Assembly (NCBI GenBank): GCA_018671175.1
Contig: JABHIE010000029.1
Span: 86,929-150,928, forward strand
Length of the DNA stretch: 64,000 nt
From: Planctomycetota bacterium
GTDB lineage: Bacteria; Planctomycetota; UBA1135
Direction of reading: 5' to 3'
The position numbers and the translations under genes were made by a program. Numbering within the stretch: the stretch's first letter is position 1; each line of letters opens with the position of its first letter. Below, piece after piece: positions 7,739 through 16,301 of the stretch. The notes below the pieces were generated by a model. It saw nothing but the letters and a program-made list of their open reading frames with translations. It was not told where the DNA came from and did not search any database.

Positions 7739-8695
7739 TTAAAGGGCTGAGCCCTGGCGAGTGCCGCGGCGAATCAACTCGTTTTCAATCGCCGAGTGGA
7801 CGGCTTGCCGACTAGGCCAATCAAGTGGGGCAAGTCGTTCTTCGATGGGCGATTCAGCGACCAAGCGGTGGACGACAACATCTGCGGGCAAGTGCTCAAG
7901 GGCATCCGCCACGCGATCAATGTAATCTTGATGCTTCAAAATATGGATATCATCTTGGCCGTTCAGGAATTGATGCGCTAGCAAAGTTTTCTTAAGCACC
8001 ATGAGCTGATGGAATTTAACTCCATGCGCGCGCGCTTTGCGTATTTCAGCAACCTGCTCAAGCAGGCTTTCATCTGAGTCACCCGGCAAGCCGCTCATGC
8101 AATGCGCGATGATGCCAAGCCCGTGCTGGTGTGCGAGTTCACAAGCGCGATGGAAATGCTCAAGCGTGTCGTGGCGCCCAATGCGCTTTTGGACTGCGTC
8201 TTGAGCCGTCTCAAGGCCGAACTCGACCCAAACCTCATCAAAGTGCGAGCGCGACTTTGCGAGGAGCTCGGCGGCCTCTTCGCTGAAGCAATCTGGGCGC
8301 GTGCCAATGCTGACGATCGGCGCAATAGTTGACCACTGGCTCGCAATTTTGAGACCCTCTTGAAGTGGGGCTAAGTCTGGGTAGGTGTTGGAATACGACT
8401 GGAAATACAGAATGGCGGCTGGGTCGTCGGTATTTACGCGCCGCACACGCTTCAGCTCGGATTCCCACTGCTCAAGTAGTGGCAAACCTTTGCGCTCGGC
8501 GCCCGTGCCGGAACCAGAAAGGTCGCAATAGATGCATCCGCCAAACCCACTGGCACCATCGCGATTTGGGCAGGTTAAACCCAAATCAAGCATCACTCGG
8601 CGCAGCCGCCGTCCATAGAGCCTTTTAAGGTGGCGGCCAAGGCTGTAAACGGGTGCTGTGTTTTGCGTGTCGCTGGGGGGAGGGTTCGCTACCAT
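7739..8695 (-). CDS. radical SAM protein, TIGR01212/YhcC-like family
   Basis: ORF 7739-8734. LDLGLTCPNRDGASGFGGCIYCD... is the characteristic Cys cluster of this family. The internal ATG at 8695 (MVANPP) is preferred because the longer form would overlap divergent selB. Confidence 0.8.
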   Translation of the reverse strand: MVANPPPSDTQNTAPVYSLGRHLKRLYGRRLRRVMLDLGLTCPNRDGASGFGGCIYCDLSGSGTGAERKGLPLLEQWESELKRVRRVNTDDPAAILYFQSYSNTYPDLAPLQEGLKIASQWSTIAPIVSIGTRPDCFSEEAAELLAKSRSHFDEVWVEFGLETAQDAVQKRIGRHDTLEHFHRACELAHQHGLGIIAHCMSGLPGDSDESLLEQVAEIRKARAHGVKFHQLMVLKKTLLAHQFLNGQDDIHILKHQDYIDRVADALEHLPADVVVHRLVAESPIEERLAPLDWPSRQAVHSAIENELIRRGTRQGSAL

Positions 8696-8712
8696 TCCCC
8701 TCCATTCTAAAG

Positions 8713-10653
8713 ATGAGTGACCTTCGCCCCGCACCTTTGGTTATCGGCACCGCCGGCCATATCGATCACGGCAAAAGTGCCTTGATTGAGGCTTTGACGG
8801 GCGATCACCCCGATCGTTGGCGCGAGGAAAAGGAGCGCGGCATCACCATGGATTTGGGCTATGCCGAAATGGCCTTTGCCGATGGCCTTGAAATTGGTTT
8901 TGTAGATGTCCCTGGCCATGAGCGTTTGGTGCGCAAGATGGTTGCTGGGGCTACAGGCATGGGTGCCGCCATGATGGCCATAGCTTGCGACGATGGTGTT
9001 ATGCCTCAAACGCGAGAGCACTTTGAGGTCTTGCAATTGCTCGGCATTTCGCGCGGCATTTTGGTCTTAACCAAGGCCGATTTAGCCGATGAAGACACGC
9101 TTGAATTAGTACGCGAAGAGGTGGTTGAGTTAGTCCAAGGCACGCCTTGGCAAGATGTCCAGATCCTAAGTGTGAGTGCCCACACGGGGGCGGGTTTGCC
9201 AGAATTGAAGCTAAGTTTGCGTGAGCTGGCTGAGAGTCATCCAAACACTGGCCAGGGGCGCAGTCTCTTCCGCATGCCCGTGCAAAGGTCTTTCGCTATG
9301 CATGGCGCAGGCACTATTGCGACTGGGGTGTGCGCTTCAGGGCAGGTCGTAGCCGGAGACACGCTCGTCGCGATGCCAGCGGGCAAAAGTAGTCGAGTGC
9401 GCCGTGTGCAAGTCCATGGTCGAGATAGCGAAACGGGCAGTGCGGGTTTACGGACGGCACTCAATTTGCCCGACCTCAACCCGCAGCATTGCGTGCGGGG
9501 CACGGTCCTTGCGGCACCTGACTCACTTGAAGCTGGTGCCTTGTTGCGGGTACATTTGCAGTGGCTTCCTGATGCTCCGCAAATTCAACATGGGGCTCAG
9601 GTTCAGATTCTGTCCGGGACATCCTCTGTTGATGGCCGCGTTTTTTTGCCGCCAGCTTTAGCTCAAAAAGGTCATTTGGGCGCTTATCCTGATGGTTTAG
9701 TGGATATCGAATTGGCTGAGCCGATTGCACTCGCGCCTCGTGATCGTTTGATTCTTCGCCGCCCCAGCCCTGCTGTAAACCTAGGGCTGGGCCATTTTCT
9801 TGCCTTTGGTTCATACCGTCTCAAAAAGCGTGATGCCGAAGAGCGGCAACAGCTTGAGCGCCTTGCCGAACACTTGGCTGACCCCGACTGCTTTTTGATT
9901 GCCCTGCTCGAAACATACGGAGCCACGCCGACTTCCACCCAGGCCTTGGCCTGCCGCATGGGCTGGCATCACGAGGCCACTTCCTCTGCACTGATGCAAG
10001 CCTGCGCACAAGGTCAAGCTCGGCAAGTCGGCGAAGATCGCTTTCTCGGGATGTCAGGCTCAGGCGCATTCGCCCAACAGGTGGCCTCCATTCTCGGTGG
10101 ATGGCGGAGAGATTGCTCACATCGTTTGCTCATCCCTATCACACATTTGCGCGACGCGCTTGGCAAAGAGGGGTATCGCTCTCTCAAAAAGGCTCCAGAT
10201 GAAGAGCTCGCCAGTTACGGATTAGAGCGTATGCCCGGCACGCATTGGCGATTGCGCGGCGTAACACTGGGCGTTGCTTTGCTCGCACGCGCGCAGGCGA
10301 TTCATGAGGTCTTAGAGCGGGCGCAGTTTCAGCCACCGTCCTTTGATGTATTAGCTGAGTCCTTTGGTGCGTTGTCTGAAGTCGAGATTTGCATCGATGT
10401 TTTGCTCGACCAGGGGTGCGTTGTCCGTCCTGAGCAGGGTTTTGTTTTAGCCGTTTCTTGCGCAGAGGCTTTGCGCAATCGGGTGGTCGAGCAACTTCAG
10501 GGCAGTGGCATGGATATCCCTGCTTTGCGCGACGAATTTCAAACCTCGCGTAAGTTTTTAATGCCCTTGCTCGAATGGCTCGATGACCGCGGCGTCACTA
10601 TGCGTCGCGCCGGAAACCGCGTTTTGCGCGATGCCACAGCGAGTTTGACTTAA
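8713..10653 (+). CDS. selB: selenocysteine-specific translation elongation factor SelB
   Basis: ORF 8653-10653. From the ATG at 8713: VIGTAGHIDHGKSALIEALTG...DRWREEKERGITMDLGY...VDVPGHERL...TKADL GTPase motifs. The long C-terminal winged-helix region ends ...RKFLMPLLEWLDDRGVTMRRAGNRVLR, typical of SelB. Confidence 0.9.
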   Translation: MSDLRPAPLVIGTAGHIDHGKSALIEALTGDHPDRWREEKERGITMDLGYAEMAFADGLEIGFVDVPGHERLVRKMVAGATGMGAAMMAIACDDGVMPQTREHFEVLQLLGISRGILVLTKADLADEDTLELVREEVVELVQGTPWQDVQILSVSAHTGAGLPELKLSLRELAESHPNTGQGRSLFRMPVQRSFAMHGAGTIATGVCASGQVVAGDTLVAMPAGKSSRVRRVQVHGRDSETGSAGLRTALNLPDLNPQHCVRGTVLAAPDSLEAGALLRVHLQWLPDAPQIQHGAQVQILSGTSSVDGRVFLPPALAQKGHLGAYPDGLVDIELAEPIALAPRDRLILRRPSPAVNLGLGHFLAFGSYRLKKRDAEERQQLERLAEHLADPDCFLIALLETYGATPTSTQALACRMGWHHEATSSALMQACAQGQARQVGEDRFLGMSGSGAFAQQVASILGGWRRDCSHRLLIPITHLRDALGKEGYRSLKKAPDEELASYGLERMPGTHWRLRGVTLGVALLARAQAIHEVLERAQFQPPSFDVLAESFGALSEVEICIDVLLDQGCVVRPEQGFVLAVSCAEALRNRVVEQLQGSGMDIPALRDEFQTSRKFLMPLLEWLDDRGVTMRRAGNRVLRDATASLT

Positions 10654-10681
10654 AATCGCAGAGCCGTTTTGCTTGAGCGTT

Positions 10682-11428
10682 TTAGCTTGAAGCGTCTAGA
10701 TGCGGGCACGGAATTTTTTCGGTAGCAAGAATTGAAGCTAGCGTTTCTTCTGCAATTTGAACGCGCTTCGGCGTGCTGATTTCGCACCAAGAGCCTGAGT
10801 GAATCATGGCACGGACAGGTTGATCAGGCAGCGTCTTTAGCAAGCCATGTCGAATCAGACATGAAGGCGCATCATTTGGGGCCTCACTTATGCTGGCCAG
10901 CCATTTTTCAGAAGGGCGGCAAATGCCTGTATAGACGCCCACATCATGGGTTTGGCTTGGTGCACCACTCTTGCGCAGTGATGTAATTTGCTGTTTTTCG
11001 TCATAGCGAAACCCGCCAAAGATTTCTAAATCACTACTAGAGTGCAACACTAATGTTGGCTCTGTGCAGGTCAAGATTTTATGCCACTGGAAATCGGTAT
11101 ACATCTTGGCGTTGAGTACAACATCGGGCAACGACCCATTTTGCTGCGTTGCCTCGAGCAGAGTGCCGCCCGTCCCGAGAAGTGTTTCTTCGTGGAGCCA
11201 GCGTAATTCAAGTTGAGGCGGGCAGAAGCGCTTGGCTTCTCGTTGAATTTGCTCAGTGTGGTGGTGGAGGTTTATCCAAGCGCGAGTCACTCCGGATTGA
11301 GCTAGGCGCGGCAATAAAAATGCGAGCGGGGAAAGGTCGTTGACCTTGACGCACGCCTTAGGGATTGATTTAGAAATCTCACCCAGACGAGTGGCTAAAC
11401 CACCAGCTAGTAGAAGCGCAGTTTTCAT
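10682..11428 (-). CDS. nucleotidyltransferase, MurU-like (sugar-1-phosphate nucleotidylyltransferase)
   Basis: ORF 10682-11491. From the ATG at 11428: MKTALLLAGGLATRLGEISKSIPKACVKV..., the NTP-transferase G-rich loop. ATGA overlap with the upstream kinase-like gene. Confidence 0.6.
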   Translation of the reverse strand: MKTALLLAGGLATRLGEISKSIPKACVKVNDLSPLAFLLPRLAQSGVTRAWINLHHHTEQIQREAKRFCPPQLELRWLHEETLLGTGGTLLEATQQNGSLPDVVLNAKMYTDFQWHKILTCTEPTLVLHSSSDLEIFGGFRYDEKQQITSLRKSGAPSQTHDVGVYTGICRPSEKWLASISEAPNDAPSCLIRHGLLKTLPDQPVRAMIHSGSWCEISTPKRVQIAEETLASILATEKIPCPHLDASS

Positions 11429-12324
11429 GGTGTGATTGCGCGCAGTAAGTCGCTGGTGGGGTCTTGCTCGGCAAGTAAAGTCATGGCGCAAGAACGGGCG
11501 CGTTTTTCAGCAATGGCATATTCGCCCCGACCTTGATTCAAGAGCCAGCCAAATGTGCCAAGTGCTTTAAGTACCCGCTGGATGGCCGTTGCCTGAAAAT
11601 GTCTTTGCGCCACCGCAGGCTCAAGCTCAAATTTAGCGCCCAAAGTCGGGATGTAGTCGAGCAAGAATGCACGAGTTTCTTGGTTGAGCTCAATATAAGC
11701 ATCAGTCAGCAGAGAGGCTAAATCATAGAAAAGGGGGCCTGTTCGCAAATCTTGATGGTCAATAATCGCAAGGCCAGAATCAGGCAAGAGAATGTTGCGA
11801 CAATGGAAATCTCGGTGTTGCAAAGCCTGCGGCCCTGCAATGGCCTGTCGCGCGATGGCGTCACAGCTCTCTGCGAAAGTGTCGTTTACCCCAAGGAATC
11901 GAACCAAATACTCTTGTCGAAATTGTCGCAACTCTTTTTGAAAGAGGCTCGTATCGAGCGCCCATTTCGCATTAGGAATGTTTGACGGTAAATCTGCAAA
12001 CGCAAACCGCGACCAAGTGCGCATGAGCTCTTGATAGCAACCCAGATTTGCTCGATGCGCAAGATGAATGTCGCCTAGGTCTTCGACTAGATAGGCGCCA
12101 TCAGTCGATGCTCCGATTGCAGGCACACGCACACCCAAAGAGGCCAACCAAGTCGTGATTTGAATAGGTGCGTCTTGTGGAGATCGCACAAAGAGCCATG
12201 GGCAAGAACCACTCTCAATACGGAAATAGCGCCTTGGAGAGGCCTCTGCCGTGAGCTCGGTCGTGGCGATGTCTCCTGCCAAGAAGTCATGAAGCAAAGT
12301 CGTGGTAAGGCTCATGCTTGCCAA
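11425..12324 (-). CDS. aminoglycoside-phosphotransferase-fold kinase, AmgK-like (anomeric sugar kinase)
   Basis: APH/choline-kinase motifs HRDFHCRNILL and IIDHQDLRTGPLFYDLASLL. Pairing with a MurU-like gene matches the AmgK-MurU MurNAc salvage pair. Confidence 0.55.
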   Translation of the reverse strand: MASMSLTTTLLHDFLAGDIATTELTAEASPRRYFRIESGSCPWLFVRSPQDAPIQITTWLASLGVRVPAIGASTDGAYLVEDLGDIHLAHRANLGCYQELMRTWSRFAFADLPSNIPNAKWALDTSLFQKELRQFRQEYLVRFLGVNDTFAESCDAIARQAIAGPQALQHRDFHCRNILLPDSGLAIIDHQDLRTGPLFYDLASLLTDAYIELNQETRAFLLDYIPTLGAKFELEPAVAQRHFQATAIQRVLKALGTFGWLLNQGRGEYAIAEKRARSCAMTLLAEQDPTSDLLRAITP

Positions 12325-13145
12325 ACACTGCAGCTTTGAACGACGGATTGAACAAGCTCACGAGGCGTTTTTTGCCCTCGGCTGTAGTCTCGAATTTCCC
12401 AGGCGGCCGTCCCTGAAAAAGCGCTTGTGCCAAGATGGGTGAAAGCTTCATCAAAGTCAATCGTGCCCTGCCCAGGGTGTAAATGTGCATCACTCTCGCC
12501 ATCATTGTCGTGCAGATGCAAATGCTTCACGCGAGTGCCGGCGCGCTTGGCCTCTGCGACAACGGAGTCGGTGAGGTGTGCGTGGCCAAAATCAAGGCAA
12601 ATGCCGGCACTGCGGCCAGGGTCGAGTTTGTCTAAAAGTGCGGCCAAGGCCGTGCAGCTCGTGCCATCAGACAATATGTTTTCGGGGAGTAAAACGATGT
12701 CGTGCTCGCGCGCACATTGCAGAAGCGCCTCAAGTGCCTGTTGCGCAAATCCGGAAGTCGGGTGCGACCAATCATCATTTGGCCAGCCAAGGTGCAGGAC
12801 AGCACCCCAAGCCCCAAGCGCTGCAGCCGCAGCCACTCCAGCGCACATTCCTTCAAGCGCGGTCGCTCGTTCCGTCGCATCGGAGTCAATCAGCGACCAT
12901 CGCTCGCCCATTTCGATTAAACGCTGAACCGAGGGGTAAAGCGGTAGATGCACGGTTTCGGCATGAAGGCCATGCAAGGCTAGGTCTTGTCGCAAGTCAG
13001 CCATGGCAGCCAAATCACGCCACCGCACATGCGGCTCAGCTAGCCAAATCTCTAAACCCGACCAAGGGCTTTCGGCAAGCGCCGCAAGAGCCTGTTCGTT
13101 TAACTCGTGATAAACGAGCAGGTGAGTCGAGAGAGTGAAGCGCAT
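12312..13145 (-). CDS. sugar phosphate isomerase/epimerase (xylose-isomerase-like TIM barrel)
   Basis: ORF 12312-13181, ATG at 13145 preferred. ...LEIWL...HLPL...VLHLGW...LLPEN...CLDFGHAHL...HLHLHDNDG..D.HL.PG.G.IDF is the typical family pattern. Overlaps the next gene by 13 nt. Confidence 0.7.
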   Translation of the reverse strand: MRFTLSTHLLVYHELNEQALAALAESPWSGLEIWLAEPHVRWRDLAAMADLRQDLALHGLHAETVHLPLYPSVQRLIEMGERWSLIDSDATERATALEGMCAGVAAAAALGAWGAVLHLGWPNDDWSHPTSGFAQQALEALLQCAREHDIVLLPENILSDGTSCTALAALLDKLDPGRSAGICLDFGHAHLTDSVVAEAKRAGTRVKHLHLHDNDGESDAHLHPGQGTIDFDEAFTHLGTSAFSGTAAWEIRDYSRGQKTPRELVQSVVQSCSVWQA

Positions 13146-13165
13146 TGGCGTTATCCTAGAGCGCC

Positions 13166-14677
13166 ATGCTTGCCACTGCACTCTTCGTTTCTCTTCTGAC
13201 CCTGATTCCCATCCAAGAAGATGAAACGGTCAAAGATTTCAAAAAGTTTTTTCGGAAGTCGAAAGACCCCGTAGAGCGCGTTGAGTTGATTTTGTCTCTC
13301 GAAGATGTCGAGTCGCCCGATGTCGCCAAAGTGATGTTGCCCCTTCTTAAAGGCAAAGATCCCGCTGAAGCGCAAGCGGCTCTCCGCATTATTTCGCAGC
13401 TAAAAGAGCCCACATCTCGAGTGCCGCTTTTACCCATTATCGAAGAAGGCAAGCCCGAGGCATCTTGTGCGGCGATTGCAGAAGCTGTTGCGATGGGTGG
13501 CTGGAAAGAATTCCAACCCTTGCTCTTGCCTCAAATTACGCATAAATCGCCCGATGTAAGGCTCTGGGTGGTCACGGCTCTCGGGCGGCTTGGCGATCCA
13601 CTTTCAATTGAAGTCGTTGCGCGACTGGCTATGACCGATGCCGAGCCCATGGTTCGAGTGGCATCGGTTGATTCCTTGGCCTTAATCGGTCATGAAAACA
13701 AAAGTGTTGCCGGGCCTGCTCTGGTGGCTGCCTTGCAAGACAAGCATTTGTCGGTCGCAACGGCCGCTTGCTTGGCTTTGCGCAGGGTGCGAGTGATTGA
13801 AGCCATCCCGCCTTTGCTTGATTTGCGTGAGTTCGGTGAGGGGCGCATCCTTGAAATGGTCTACCCGACTTTGATCGATTTGACCGACCTCAATTTGCGC
13901 GACGATCCGGCAACTTGGCGCTCTTGGTGGGAGAGGGCGCAGGCTAATGGCTATGAGTTGCCGAGTGATGCTGAAGTCCTGAAGCGCCGTGCCGCTCGCG
14001 CCAAGGCTAATGAGGCTTACCGCTTTCCAACGAATAGTTCCTCCTTTGTCGGAGTACCGACAACGAGTCGTCAAATTGTTTTTGTGATCGATGTCTCGGG
14101 GTCGATGGAAGACAATGTGATTGACAAAGATTCTTTTCGAGAACGAGGTTTTGAGCACTTCCGTAAATTAGATATCGTCCGCGAAGAGTTGCGCCGCACG
14201 ATCGATGGTCTTGATGAAGGCGTGTTTTTCAATATCATTTCCTTTGCCAGTGATATGCACCCCTGGAAGAAAAAAATGACTAAGGCTAATGCGCTAGCTC
14301 GAAAGAGTGCAATCGCTTGGGTCGACAAATTGAAGCCACTCGGTGGCAAGGGCTCAAAAGATAAAGGGCGTACTAATACTTATGGTGCGCTGCTCGCTGG
14401 GTTAGGCGTAAAAGATAGCCGCAATTACAAAGGGCCTGTTTCAGGTTCGGTGAGCAAGGCCATCGCAGGCGCACCCGACACACTTTTCTTCCTATCAGAC
14501 GGCCGCCCAACCGTGGGCGAGTTGGTCGAGGTGGAAGACATCCGTGCTTCAATTACTCATATCAATCAATTTCGCCGAACCGTGATTCATACGATTGGTA
14601 TTGGCGAGTTTCAAAAGAGTTTTTTGGTGAATCTATCGCGCGAAAACAATGGCGTTTTCGTCGATTTGGGTCGCTAA
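13166..14677 (+). CDS. secreted HEAT-repeat + von Willebrand factor A domain protein
   Basis: N-terminal hydrophobic segment; HEAT-like repeats (SPDVRLWVVTALGRLGDP, AEPMVRVASVDSLALIG); vWA MIDAS motif IVFVIDVSGSM and ...FFLSDGRPT. Confidence 0.8.
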   Translation: MLATALFVSLLTLIPIQEDETVKDFKKFFRKSKDPVERVELILSLEDVESPDVAKVMLPLLKGKDPAEAQAALRIISQLKEPTSRVPLLPIIEEGKPEASCAAIAEAVAMGGWKEFQPLLLPQITHKSPDVRLWVVTALGRLGDPLSIEVVARLAMTDAEPMVRVASVDSLALIGHENKSVAGPALVAALQDKHLSVATAACLALRRVRVIEAIPPLLDLREFGEGRILEMVYPTLIDLTDLNLRDDPATWRSWWERAQANGYELPSDAEVLKRRAARAKANEAYRFPTNSSSFVGVPTTSRQIVFVIDVSGSMEDNVIDKDSFRERGFEHFRKLDIVREELRRTIDGLDEGVFFNIISFASDMHPWKKKMTKANALARKSAIAWVDKLKPLGGKGSKDKGRTNTYGALLAGLGVKDSRNYKGPVSGSVSKAIAGAPDTLFFLSDGRPTVGELVEVEDIRASITHINQFRRTVIHTIGIGEFQKSFLVNLSRENNGVFVDLGR

Positions 14678-14756
14678 AAGACATCTTTCTACTTTGCGTT
14701 TTCGCGTTAACGAAGGTATGCTTGAAGCGTGCGGTTGGGGGCTAGGCGTCATCGCC

Positions 14757-14822
14757 CCGGGGTTCAAACCCTCTTTCCCTGACCATTTTCCGCCCTTTGC
14801 GGCGTGTCCCCGGTTTCTTTTT
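14757..14822 (+). terminator. possible terminator/attenuator in the vWA-rho intergenic leader
   Basis: CCGGGG (14757-14762) pairs with CCCCGG (14808-14813). It encloses a small CCGC/GCGG hairpin and is followed by TTTCTTTTT (14814-14822). Non-canonical large loop. Confidence 0.3.
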
Positions 14823-14858
14823 GAAATCGGATAGTCCCTAACCTGGGAGTGGTCCATC

Positions 14859-16301
14859 GTGACCGAAGATAAATTACCTGAATCCGGGCCTCGCCGGCGC
14901 AGACGCCGCCGCCGTAGTCCACAACAGGCAGATGTAGGTGAGCCTAAATCTGTAACTGTTGACTCGTCATCCGAATCGACATCAGCCGCTCCTGAAGCGA
15001 CTGATGGTAAGGCACCACCGCCTCGCCGCCGCCGCCGGCGGCGTAGGCCGGGCGCAATCCCTGATGCTGCGTCAGATGAATCTGCGTCAACCGACTTAAA
15101 GACTGATTCGACTCAAAGTGCAGTGCCAGCTCGCAAGAGTGAGCGTCCACCAAAACGCACTTCAAAACCACCCGTAGAGGTCGAAATCGAGGGCATCCTT
15201 GATATGTTCCCAGGCGGTTCTGGTTATTTGCGGCAGATCGATGCAGATTTGGCTGAGCAAAAAACAGATCCGATGGTTCCAGCCAATATTATTAAAAAGT
15301 TTCAGCTGAAACGCGGTCATCATTTGGTTGGCAAGGGCATCGCTTCGCAGGGCCATCAATCCCCTAAGATGACTTATCTTGAGTCAATTGACGGGCTTGA
15401 TATGAGCGAGCATCGTCGGCGCCCGGGGTTTAAGAACCTCACCGTGATCGACCCAGACTTTCATTACGAGCTGGGCACACACAAGGGCGACGGGCAAATT
15501 TCGATGCGTGTGCTTGACTTGCTTTCCCCTCTGGGGCGTGGGCAACGAGGTCTATTGGTCGCACCGCCGCGCACGGGTAAGACCACAATCATGCAGCAAA
15601 TCGCTGAAGCCATCGAAGCGCTTTACCCTGAGATTCATCTCATCGTTTTGCTGATTGACGAGCGTCCCGAAGAGGCGACCTACTGGAAGCGTGCGATCAA
15701 AAACGGTGAAGTTTTCGTCAGCACCATGGACGAAAAACCTAAAAACCATGTGCGCCTCGCCGAGCTTGTGCAGTATCACGCCGAGCGTTTGGTCGAAACC
15801 GGCAAAGATGTCGTGATTCTGCTTGATTCGATTACTCGATTGACGCGCGCTTACAACAACACATTGAGCGGCAAAGATAGCAAGGTGATGTCTGGCGGGC
15901 TTGATGCTCGTGTCTTTACCAAGCCCAAGCACTTTTTCGGTGCCGCGCGTAATACCGAAACCGCGGGTTCACTGACCATTTTGGCGACGGCACTTGTGCG
16001 TACGGGTTCCAAAATGGACGACATCATTTTTGAAGAATTTAAAGGCACGGGCAACATGGAATTGACCTTGCACCGTATGTTGGCCGATCGGCGCATTTAC
16101 CCTGCGATTGACATCGAAGCGACTGGCACTCGTAAAGAAGAAAAACTTTACACCCGCGTAACGATGCGCAAAATCAATATTCTGCGCCGCGTTTTGTCGA
16201 CTTTGAGGCCGCGCGAGGCGGTTGAGATGCTGATTGACCGTATGCATCGATATCCGTCTAACCAAGACTTCCTTGGCGCGTTCTCTTTAGATGATGTCTA
16301 G
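14859..16301 (+). CDS. rho: transcription termination factor Rho with ~105-aa Arg-rich disordered N-terminal region
   Basis: GTG start. Core: GILDMFPGGSGYLRQ (CSD-like RNA-binding), PPRTGKTTIMQ (Walker A), LLIDERPEE, ...AARNTETAGSLTILATALV.TGS.MD..I.EEFKGTGNMEL.L. N-terminus carries two R8 tracts. Confidence 0.95.
   Translation: MTEDKLPESGPRRRRRRRRSPQQADVGEPKSVTVDSSSESTSAAPEATDGKAPPPRRRRRRRRPGAIPDAASDESASTDLKTDSTQSAVPARKSERPPKRTSKPPVEVEIEGILDMFPGGSGYLRQIDADLAEQKTDPMVPANIIKKFQLKRGHHLVGKGIASQGHQSPKMTYLESIDGLDMSEHRRRPGFKNLTVIDPDFHYELGTHKGDGQISMRVLDLLSPLGRGQRGLLVAPPRTGKTTIMQQIAEAIEALYPEIHLIVLLIDERPEEATYWKRAIKNGEVFVSTMDEKPKNHVRLAELVQYHAERLVETGKDVVILLDSITRLTRAYNNTLSGKDSKVMSGGLDARVFTKPKHFFGAARNTETAGSLTILATALVRTGSKMDDIIFEEFKGTGNMELTLHRMLADRRIYPAIDIEATGTRKEEKLYTRVTMRKINILRRVLSTLRPREAVEMLIDRMHRYPSNQDFLGAFSLDDV

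Noticed and set aside
7610-10653. tRNA-Lys as a possible genomic-island integration site
   Set aside because: No integrase, no recognisable direct repeat of the tRNA 3' end, and the downstream genes (radical SAM, selB) are ordinary chromosomal genes.
12427-13138. Plus-strand ORFs 12427-12927 and 12578-13138
   Set aside because: Antisense to the TIM-barrel gene, with Arg/Ser/Cys-rich nonsense-like sequence.
14755-14775. GGGGTTCAAACCC, reminiscent of a tRNA T-arm, in the rho leader
   Set aside because: Only a 3-bp stem is possible. No acceptor, D or anticodon arms can be drawn around it, so it is not a tRNA or tmRNA fragment.
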